A stretch of 64,000 nt of DNA from assembly GCF_018977255.1 (NCBI RefSeq), contig NW_024704742.1, positions 109,494,001 through 109,558,000 of the forward strand, written 5' to 3'. The stretch comes from Callorhinchus milii. Lineage: Eukaryota. The notes under the pieces are model-generated. The model worked only from the letters and a program-made list of their open reading frames with translations, was not told the DNA's origin and ran no database searches. Shown piece after piece: positions 53,730-64,000 of the stretch. The position numbers and the translations under genes were made by a program. Within the stretch, counting starts at the first letter, position 1. Each line of letters begins with the position of its first letter.

Positions 53730-55040
53730 AAAACTTTTATATAGTGTCCTTCAAGTAGGATAAGATCTTGAAGCATTTAACAGTGGTGGAGCTTGATGTC
53801 AGGAAGAGAGGGCTGGTGATCGTAGTCATGGTTGAAGAGTCAGGTATGCAGGTGTCATGGACAAGGAGGGAGAAGCCAGAGGAATTGAAGCAGAGTTCCA
53901 GAGTCTCAGGGAGTCGTGGCTGAAATCACGGCCACCCACCAATGGTGGAGGGGAAGAGGGACCCTTCACCTAACCTGCACGGAGGTTGTTAGCGATGGAG
54001 GAGGGTAGAGGAGTGAGGAGTAAGCAGATTGGAGAGATCGGCAAGTGCCAAGGCATGAAGTACATGAGTGTGAGAATCTTGAAATGGATCCATTCTGCAA
54101 TAGGGAGTCAGTTGAGTCTGGTAAGGACTGGGGTGATGAGGGCATGTCAAAACAGAGTTCAAAACTCTGCCGCCCGCATTCTCACCCGCACCAAACTCTG
54201 CTCCCCGATCACCCCAGTCCTTGCTAGACTGCACTGGCTGCCTGTCCCAGAGAGGATCAACTTCAAGATCCTCACGCTTGTATTCAAATCCCTCCACTCC
54301 TCTGCATCCCTCTACCTCTCTGACCTCCTCTCTCCTCAAAATAGTACCCGTTGCCTTCGTTCCTCTGGGTCTGGCCTCCTCCTCGTCCCCTGAGTCCTCC
54401 GCTCCACCCTTGGCGGCCGTGCCTTCAGCCACTATGCCCCGAGGCTTTGGAACTTCCTTCCTCACTCCCTTCACTCCCTCCCTATTTTCAGGCCTCTGCT
54501 GAAGACCTTTCTCTTTGACCGCACCTTTGGTCACCTTCCTCCCCATCCCCCTGACTTGGCACCAGAATCCGTTACTGTAAAGCGCTCTGAGACGCCGTCC
54601 GGCATGGAGGGCGCGATATAAATCCAACTTGTTGTTATTTTGTTCAGGTGAGATATGGGTGGTGGTTGTTCTGAATTAATTAGATTTTACGAATAGTGGA
54701 GCTGGGGAGACTGGTGGAGGAGGGCAGTTGGAAAATTGAGGCAGGAGGTGCTGGATGAGGGTTTCAGCTATGTTTGGTGTGAGATATCGTTGGAGGAGGT
54801 CAATGTGGTGGAGGTGGAGTCCTAGTCAGGGACCAGATGTGGGATAGCAAGGACAGCTGGGGATTGAACATGCTGCCTAGGTTGCGCACAGGTTCAATAA
54901 GTCTAAGGAACAAGTCAGGGAGATTGAGGAGGTCGGAGCTGTAGGTGAGAAGCTGTTGAAGGGAGTCAAGAAGTATGACTGCCGTTATGTCGACATTCAG
55001 CTGCAGGAAATTGGCATTCATCCAGGCCTTGATGTTGGAG
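53730..55040. mobile_element. Old minus-strand L2 interrupted by a younger plus-strand L2 (about 54147-54638)
   Basis: The plus copy reads QNSAARILTRTK..LHWLPVPERINFKIL through to its tail. Both flanks are reverse-strand L2 (ANFLQLNVD in the right flank). Confidence 0.85.
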
Positions 55041-55153
55041 AACTAAGCGTACAGAATATTATTGGATAGTATACAACAGTATGTATGGAAATCAGATTAG
55101 TTTGAGCTTGGCATAATACGCCCTTTTAACTCATCCATGGTGTCCTATAGAAT

Positions 55154-55498
55154 ATTGGTTAGAGCACTCGCCTCGCAAGCGACATGACCCGGGCAGAGCG
55201 AAACATTGGGCAAGTTCCCTTACTCCACACGCCTCTGTTTACCTAGCAGTAAGTAGGAATCCGGGTGTTAGTCATTTGGCGGATTGCTTTTCAGGGGCTA
55301 ATAATCCCTTTTAAACAAAATTGGGGTCACTCAATCCACGACTGTGTGGGACACTGCTATTCACAATTGGTTGCCGCGGTTCGCCCACAAAATATATAGT
55401 CAATTCACTTCACAGCATATTCAGTGAAGTGCTTTGAGACGTCCCGAAGATGTGATATCAAATGCAAAGGCATTTTATCAAATGCAAGAATTATTATT
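55154..55498 (+). mobile_element. tRNA-Ala SINE, longer/older subfamily (5' slightly truncated)
   Basis: tggttagagcactcgcctcgcaagcga head, gcctctgtttacctagcagtaagtagg block, Deu-type body and (ATT)n tail. Confidence 0.85.
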
Positions 55499-58176
55499 GT
55501 CCACCTGCAGCTGAACTCCCATCCATGCCTTTCTTACAGGGATAGTTACCTCTTGGCCTAATTCTGTGGAACATCCTTACAAAATCCCTTTCACTATTTA
55601 CAAGGTTCAAATCAAGGAGGGTATACGAATACACACCACTTACCTGGATGCTGTAGCTGCCACAACACAAATCGTCCAATTAATTAGGTCATATATGTTT
55701 TTATCAGAACACTTGAAGGGACATTAAAATAACAATATACATGCTATTTAAAAACAATAAAAAAAATAAGTGTTGTGTAGTAACAATTAGGCATATTCCT
55801 GGCATCTTTGTTAGTTATCTTTACAAAACTTTATTTTTATTTGTTACTGTATTTGTTAGTTTTATTTTACCTTCACTCAGTTCCTTACCTGACAAATGAC
55901 AAAATAATCCTTGCATTTGATATAGCGCTTTTCATCTCTTCTAGAAGTCTCAAAGCACTTCACAGAATATACTGTAAAGTGAATTGACTGTATATTTGTG
56001 GGCAAAAAGCGGGAGCCATTTTAGCACAGCAGTGTCCCACAAACAGTCGGGGATTGAGTGACCACATTATTATTTTGGGGGGAATAGTTCAGGAGTAAAT
56101 ATTTGTTCCAGATTATTTTTGGGAGAGGGCTAGGACGATGCTAGTGCCTCCAGAGGCATCTCAAAATCTTTTTCATGCTTCTGAAGGCACCAAGCTGAAA
56201 AGATTTCTCCTGCTGCCCAGATGATCATCGATTGCTTCTGATCAATTCAAGAGAATGAGTTCTCAGCCTTCTAGTGGCTAAAAATGTGTTTAGCCCTGTC
56301 CTGTACGGTGCTCCTCACGCAGAAGGGAATGTGTTGAGCAGCTAAAGTTGGGAACAGCTATATTTGGTATGTATTATCATAGTTCACCTACAAATAAATA
56401 CTAATTCCACTTCACAGTAAAATCCTATGAAGTTCTTTGAGAAGTCCTCCTGACAGGGAATGTGCTAATACCAAATGGAAGGATAATTATTATTATAATT
56501 ATCCAGCCAAGTGGTTGGCTGCTTTGTCAATTGGGGATGTGGCTTTGGTTTATCAACCCCAATAGGCATTGTAACAGGCCTCTTAGCCACAGCAACCGTG
56601 TAAGATGGAATGGCTTTGACAAGTTAGTAAGTTGAACTATCAAGCAGATGCAGGAATACCCCATTTATGATAGTATGGCATATGCAGTTAGGAGGTGTTT
56701 TTACACTCTCAGATCCCTTGTCTAACTTGGTGCATCATGCAAACCAACTCAACCCCTAGGAAAGCGTGTGCAGCATATGCTGGTTTCCAAAACGGAATAG
56801 TATCTTAACCTAGCATAATAAAGATGATGCAGTTTGGTGCAATGATATTTCATTACAACAGGGTCAAAATAAGTAGATATGGCATCAGTTATTATTGTGC
56901 ACTTTGAGTGTCGAGTGGTTGTAAGTAAAGCTCGAATGCTTAACAGTTCATGAATAGATATGAAAAACTTGGCCATATGGTAAAGCATGTAAGCAAGCAA
57001 AGCACTATAGTTGGAAGTGTATAGAGGCATGATAGATTAAGGGATTTATCCACTATATATACTGAAGTCTAAGCAATATCAGACAAATCCCACTGCAAGC
57101 ATAACAGCATAAATATGTATAAGGGTCACTAATGGGCATTTCTAAAACTTTAATAGCATAAACAAAATACAATGAACGTTTTGCCTTGATTAAAGCACAT
57201 CCAATTGTAGATATGTGTTCTCTGATTATTTCAGTTCCCTGAGCTCAACAAACAACAGCCTGTTTCATGTCCCCACCTAACTTGCCTCACCATTGGTGGG
57301 CAAGCGTTTTGCACCGTTCTCTGGAACTCTATCCCGAATTGGAAGAATCCCTGCTCCCGGTGATCAGTATGCCCCTCCAAGTTGTGCTGGAGAGCCAGAC
57401 TGGCTGGCCTGTCATTAGCAGTGCCCTGGAGGTCTGGGACCTACCCAGGTCAGGATACTACTCTGCTGATACTATCATAGAGGTTTGACTTGCTTCCAAC
57501 ATTCCATTGTCACGTCACCATGGGGCCAGCTCAGCTCCACAGAGATCCCATTGACTTTCCTTTCAAGAATAGTCATAAGTAAGTCATTAGACATCCTCAG
57601 GTTGAGTCCTCACTAATTGGATAGAGGTACCACAAACTCCCTATGAGCTTGGTGAGCTGCATGTGAGAGCATTGCCTCCATCCTCCTGCCCACAGCTCGA
57701 ATGCACATCCCTACCAATTAATAATATGGTTGCTGGCTGTGGATGGCAAACAATGTTAAGATCTGTTAAAGCACTTACCCTGTCATTGAAAACCTACAAT
57801 TCATAGTACTTAATTTTTTCATGGGATGGATTATGTATGCCTCCTGTCATTATTTATTGGATATGTAGATGGACTCCTTATCATTTTGTATGCTGTGAAA
57901 TGTTCTGACTGAATTACTGCTGTTTGAATGAGATATAAACTCTTAACTCTGACTATCTCCATGGCTTAATTTATTTATGAAGTAATGGAGTGTCAAATCT
58001 ATTGTTCATTTTGTTGACTTATTCATAGAATTAATTGGTATATTGAAACGGTTATTGTTCCAAAACTAATGACAAAATTGGGAAATGTCGGAAAACTCCT
58101 AAGACTAACTGATACTTGTGTTGCTAAATATGGCTGCTGTCAGCAAAATGTGGAAATGAGTTACTAATCTAAGTGA

Positions 58177-58394
58177 TACAAAAACAGAAGTCGCTGGGAA
58201 CAATCAGCAGGTCAGGCAGCATCTATGGAGAAAGAAAAGTGACTCAACGTTTCGGGTCCACGACCCTTCGTCAGAATAACTGGACCCGAAACGTTGATTC
58301 ACTTTCTCCATAGATGCTGCCTGACCTGCTGAGTGTTCCCAGCGACTTCTACTTTTGTTTTCAGATATCCAGCATCTGGAGTATTTTGTGTTTT
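58177..58394. mobile_element. Fold-back (inverted-repeat) element, probably a Penelope-like terminal repeat derivative, with a hammerhead-like core
   Basis: Arms of about 70 bp (58186-58260 and 58281-58350) are reverse complements. Flanked by the direct repeat atctaagtga (58167-58176, 58395-58404). CTGACGA..GAAA core on the minus strand. Confidence 0.75.
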
Positions 58395-61300
58395 ATCTAA
58401 GTGACACATTGTTTGTGACAAGCATAAATATTTTTGCGGTGTGCCATGATATTAGCTGACCAGAAATTCCAGAACTAGGCAATGGGGCAGGTCTATCCAT
58501 GCCTAAACATTATGTAAATACAGCTGTATGATTACCACATGGAATTGCATGAAATAGAGGGAATTACGGGTATCTCTAATTAACAACCAATGAAAAATTC
58601 TGAATCTCATTTAAAAAGCTAGTCGTGAGAAAAGAACAATGATAAATATATTCCTTTGAGAATAACTGCATGAATTTAAGCAACATGAATAATTTGGGTA
58701 AACTGGCAGATAGAAAATGATAATTTAGTATTTGTTTAGTTAATATTGTGCCATATTTGGACCAGAATATTGTGGATTCAGACTCCAAAGGATAATATTT
58801 GACCTAATGCTGAGACCACAATGCAGTGTTAAAAGTTAAATGCCTTTTTATCTGTTTGTCTTGGTGAATACTAAAAATCCCATCGCTTTATTCAGAGTAC
58901 CCACTAATCACTTTGTCCCAACTACACATACCTTTAAATGTGCACGTCTATAACCTACTTTTCCAGGACTTCATCAAGTGCATCAGTCTAGTCTAATAAA
59001 GTATCTACTAATAAATAACCTGCAGTTCGCCACTTCAGTACACATGCAGCGCATGTTCATACATCTTTCTAAACTGCCTGGAATTTGCATTGTTGTCCTT
59101 GTACTATGTTTGTACTGTACTACACAACCATAATTACTGCAAATATGTTTGGTGTTTAGTTATTTTTTTAAAATTTATTTTCTGGTATATCCAAAGGTGA
59201 CGTATTGCTTGGTGTAATGCTGGTTCCTTTCAGTTCTTTAAAATCAAAGTTACAATTGTTGGCCAACTAATCCATTGAAGGGATCAGCACTGAACAAGAA
59301 GCTCATATCAAAATGTTGGCAGCTTCAGTTTAAAAAAATACATGGTTAACTGTAGTGCTTGTCAAGTGTGGAAATAATATTTGTCCAGCTAGACAGCTTT
59401 CTTTTGTAGCAGTTAAATGAATGTTGAGCTCCTTTCTCCCTATTGAAGGCTCCAGTGTCAAGAAGGTAATGTGGACTGTTTGCGATTTGACAGGGATTAT
59501 TAAAATCAAGATAGATGGAGGAAACTGAGTGTGTGAAAATGAAATTGATGCTGACACTCTCCATTATCTGCCACTCGAAAAGTGATAACATTCTTGATGT
59601 GTTTGATCCTAAATGCTCAGTAAGAGATTTTTTTGGGGTGATGTTCTTACTGAAATTATTTAGCATAAAGATTAATTAAATAGAAGAATGAAGCAAATGT
59701 AAAGTACTGTATGTCTCTTTTACTGGTTGAGGTGGTGGGGTGGGTGGATGTTTGATTTATTTTTCTAAGTTGCTTTGTCAATTTCATTAAGATACTTACA
59801 ACCTCATAAGATTATTTTTGCCAGTTTTTCCCAAGGTGCTGTGATTTAGCTGTGGTTCAGTTTCATGGGTACCTGTGGCTGAGTGACCATTCTTCATGGG
59901 TGGGCCTGGGTAGTGAATGTCAACAGGTAATTGAATCATTAAGGGCATGAATACCAGGCCCAATCCCGTTCTTACCTGAGGCCATGGAATTTCATTTAAT
60001 CTTAACCCGTAAAATCATTTTGATTACAATTTATATCATGCAAATTGTGGGAAAATCTTGAATTTGTTTTTAATTTGGAAAACAGTTTTCTACAATTTTT
60101 AAAAATAATTGGCTTATAAATTAAGAATTTTTCACAATTCTGTGCGATCTTAAATTTCAAGGTAAAATGTTCTAATGATCTGGGGCTATGTGGAATTTCA
60201 GGCTTCAGATATTCTTACATGCGTACTTTCTAATAGGGATCATTGATTAGTAGCAGACACGGTGTCTGATCTTTACCCCTCCTTCCTCACCCCTAGCCAA
60301 GACTAGCAAATTGAAGTATTCCAACTCCATCCCTTACTGTGATCAACTCAGGAAGGACTGGGAATCAAACCTGCATATGCCTCTGTATATTATATTTAAT
60401 TCTCCTTTTGTAAGTACTGCACCAATCCATATTGTACTTGTGTTCCTCTAACTTATTTAAATTTCCCTTAACAAGAGGCATTCAAACCCTTCAAAAGCTT
60501 ATTTCAGCTTTCAAAACCAGCACATGATTCTACCCTGCCACATTGGTTAAAATTACATTTACATATTTGTCGTGTAGTATTATATAAAAATATGAATTGC
60601 TTTAGTTTCCTTGACCTTGGTATTAATCAGCTGAAAAGAATATAGTTTAATTGGTACAGAACTACTACTTAAATCATTGAAGGTTTAATTGAATAAGTGC
60701 AGTGAGATTATTTGATGCACATTGTGCACTAGAACCAAAGTAGAGGAGCTGTCAATCGTGTCAATACCCCTAAGCTGCGTGCTCTCAGAGCATAAGATGC
60801 AATTTTGATATCAACTCAATTGACAGATGCTCTCTGTTTTGAATCTGGTTTTCAGTGCATATCTAAAACATCACACAGGAGAGATTTAAATTTAAAGGTT
60901 GTGGGTAAATAAATTTAGCACACCATTGATCTCAAAAGGTACCAAAACACTGTAGAACACTGCTGATATAAAATATTGGTGTTAAAAAAAATGGTGAATT
61001 TGGTGTTCAAAATGAGCTAAAGACTAGACTTCTTGGAGACGGTGAAAATTAGTTTCCAAGCATTAAAAATTAGAAGACATTAATGAATCCAGAAACTGCA
61101 GTATTAGAACAGAAGTTACTCTTTTACCTCGCAGTAAGTAGGAACCCGGTCAGTCGATTGGCTGACGCATTTTGCTCGCAAAATATACAGTCAATCAACT
61201 TTACAGTATATTCTGTGAAGCACTTTGAGTTGTCTCTTATTATTATTACTCTCTGGCTTGGAACTCCTAGACTGTAAATGATACTTCTATGAAATTAAAA

Positions 61301-62173
61301 GAAACGTCTCTCATTCCAAGCTGAGCATGGTTCTCTCATTTGTAGCTGGGCATGAGAGCGTGTGTGTGTGAGAGAGAATGAGAGTGGAAGGGAGAGTGTG
61401 TGAGTGTCATGGGTTTTAAGCACTCTTGGTAGAATTGTGAGAATTGTCATGTATTTACACACATGACAATTATCTGTGACGGTTTCACACGATTTCTGTC
61501 ACGAGTGTCTGATCAGGTTTCAGTGACGTTTTGGGTCAACACATTGGCAATTATTTTGTATCTTCCAGCAATCAGTTGTCTAAATCTCTGCTTGTTAATA
61601 TGCTAAACAATGAGTACTATACAGCAATAAGCACTCCGAGATCCTGCCCTGCCTGAAGGGTGCTATATAAATGCAAGTTGTTATTAGCAAGGTTCTGCAC
61701 TGATTGGTTAATGTAACTTCATGAACTGTTTTTTAATAAACTGCTGAGAGGAACCATTTTTACTTAAATGTATAACAGAATTTAGTAAGCTAAACAAAAT
61801 AATATGATATTTCACTACTATTTCTTTTCTTTTCGACCGCGCCTTCCTCACCTTCCTCCCCCTCCCCCTGGCTCAGCCTTGGGATCCGTTACTGTGAAGC
61901 GCTCTGAGATGCCGTCCAACGAGGAGGGCGCTATATAAACCCAAGTTGTTGTTGTTGTATTCTCAAACAATCACTATGAGACAGAGCAACCTTTATGGTG
62001 TTCAAATCCTACTTATTATGATGAATCTAAAATTGGAGACCATTTCATAGGAAATGTTAACTTAGAGATGCAATATGCAATTTCCTGCATTGCCTTTTGT
62101 CAAGATTGTTACTTATTTATTTGTATATCATTGTTAAATCATCACTATGCATTTGTACTTTCAGGTATTGATA

Positions 62174-62298
62174 ATGGAATGGGAAGGTGATTACCTATTG
62201 GATCATTCCTGCTCAGATTGTTTCTTGGACACTTTACCAGGTGACCTGGATTTGGCGCTGGGTGACATTGAAGAGAGGTTGAAGGATAATGCTGCGTG
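62174..62298 (+). CDS. KIAA0825: KIAA0825 first coding exon (exon begins 62165)
   Basis: tttcAG acceptor at 62163-62164, ATG at 62174. MEWEGDYLLDHSCSDCFLDTLPGDLDLALGDIEERLKDNAA resembles recalled human MDWDDEY..CLLNSFPGDLE..SDIDEKIEQNAAS. GTAGGT donor. Head-to-head synteny with SLF1. Confidence 0.9.
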
Positions 62299-62337
62299 GT
62301 AGGTACTCTCTCATATGGAAACTTGTACTCAAATGAT

Positions 62338-62418
62338 TTAGAATCATAGAATCTTACAGCACAGAAGGAGACCATTCGTGCCTGTGCCGGCTCTTTCAAA
62401 GAGCCAGCACAGGCACGA
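62338..62418 (-). mobile_element. Very short CR1 3' end with a fold-back hairpin
   Basis: tagaatcatagaat tail and cagcacagaagga body match the CR1 end at 12928-13000. 21-bp inverted arms at 62376-62396 and 62398-62418. Confidence 0.75.
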
Positions 62419-63162
62419 TCCATGTTTTATTTGCGTTAGAGTAGCAGGTTATATAATTACATGGATAACCAAATTATTTCTTCCTCTTAAAGTAGGAAAT
62501 TGTTCATTACATAATTAAAGGAACCTGCAATTCCCTCTGTACCCATGTATTTTACACATGGTGAATATTACACCAACAACAACAACAAGATTGCATTTAT
62601 AGAGCGCCTTTCACGTCGGGAAGACACCTAGCTTTGCACACGGTTTCCACGTAGTACATAATAATTCAGAGTGTTCTATCCCATTGGTACATTCAAGAAA
62701 ATTCTTTATTGAATATTTAGTACACAAACACCTTAATCATAATAATTACAATTTTGGTATCTGTAAAACATGCATCTTATATAATTTGATGAAGTGTTGA
62801 TTATTTCAAACACAGATTAGATAATTTTCTTTTAGAAAATAACATTATGGGATATAGTACATAGGTAGTTTGGGACATATGTCCATGCAACCGCAAAAGT
62901 GGAAGGTGAAGTAGATGGACCTTGGTCTTTTTTCTTCTAGTATTTCTTATGTTGTTATGATTAAATATATCAAATAGACAATCATTACAAATTTCCACTG
63001 TGAGCATTGATAGAACTCTGAAACTCACAGAAACATCCATTTACACCAAGTGAAAAATTGCATAGTGTCTAACCACCGGCTTTTAAACCAAGGTCTAAAT
63101 AAATTGTGAAAATAGTACAGGTCTTCGTTTAAAAGCAAAGTTCCACCAGAGTAAAATAAAAT

Positions 63163-64000
63163 AACAACAAAATTATATTTGTAAAGCACCTTTCACATCC
63201 GCAGGACGTCCCAAGGTGCTGGACAGTTAGTGTTTCGAACCCGAACTGGGGGTTGGAAATGGGGAGAGTGGAGGGCAGGGGAGGAAGGAGGGTGATCGAA
63301 GGTACGGTCGAAGGAGGGTCTTGAGATGGGTCTTGAAGGCGGAAAGGGAGAGGTGAGGCAAAGGGACTGTGGCATGGAGTTCCAGAGGGTGGGAGCAGAC
63401 TGGCTGAAGGCCCACTCACCAATGGTGGCGTGGGTGAGGCGAACGGGCAGGTTGGTAGGGGTTTCGGAGGTCCCAGAGGTGGGGGTGAGCGAGGCCATGG
63501 AGGGCTTTGAAGGTGAGGACCAGGATCTTGAACTGTATCCTCTGTGTGATGGGAAGTTAGTGGAGTTGGGCGAGGATGGGGGTGATAGTGTCACAGAGCC
63601 TAGTGCGGGAGAGGACACGGGCTACAGAGTTCTGGATGATCTGCAGTTTATGGAGGAAGTGTGCATCCTTGGATGATGATGATGTGGAGGCGATGACAGG
63701 AGCCAATCAGGAGGGCCTCGGTCTTGTTGACGTTCAACTGAAGAAAGTGAGCTCTCTTCCAGGACTTGATGTCTGACAGATATTCTGTCAGGACAGCAGT
63801 GGTCCTGGAGTCAAGGATGGAGGCAGAGAGATACAGTTGGGTGTCATCTGCATACATGTGGAACTTGATCCTACGTCTGCAGATGATGTCACCAAGCGGG
63901 AGCATATAGATGTTGAAGAGGAGGGGACCAAGGACAGAGCCCTGAGGAACGCCGCATGTGATGGTGCAGGAGCAAGAGGAGAAACTGTTTGTGGAGAAGA
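63163..64000 (-). mobile_element. L2-clade LINE 3' part, running off the window
   Basis: [13 protein letters not shown] and LQLNVNKTE motifs. 3' tail gcaccttgggacgtcc..gtgaaaggtgct..aaatataattttgttgtt. Confidence 0.9.

Overview
Vertebrate genomic DNA. It is AT-rich and dense in L2/CR1 LINE fragments and tRNA-derived SINEs with Deu-type bodies, which points to a cartilaginous fish, probably a chimaera such as Callorhinchus (inferred from the repeats only). Gene identities rest on my recall of the human proteins, not on a database search. The window holds the conserved MCTP1 - SLF1 - KIAA0825 block. It contains the last two coding exons of MCTP1 (+), the whole SLF1/ANKRD32 gene (-; 16 in-frame coding exons, 2694 nt including stop, about 897 aa), a CpG-island bidirectional promoter (about 51.6-53.0 kb) and the first coding exon of KIAA0825 (+). 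Main findings: (1) the SLF1 exon that should encode the core ankyrin repeats has decayed (frameshift, in-frame stop, no donor) while the flanking phase-1 exons still join in frame, so this SLF1 appears to have lost its ankyrin histone-reader module; (2) a TSD-flanked fold-back element in KIAA0825 intron 1 carries a minimal hammerhead-ribozyme core on one arm only; (3) a modular tRNA-Ala SINE is present as two subfamilies and shares its 3' tail with local L2 LINEs. No prokaryotic features or CRISPR arrays were found.
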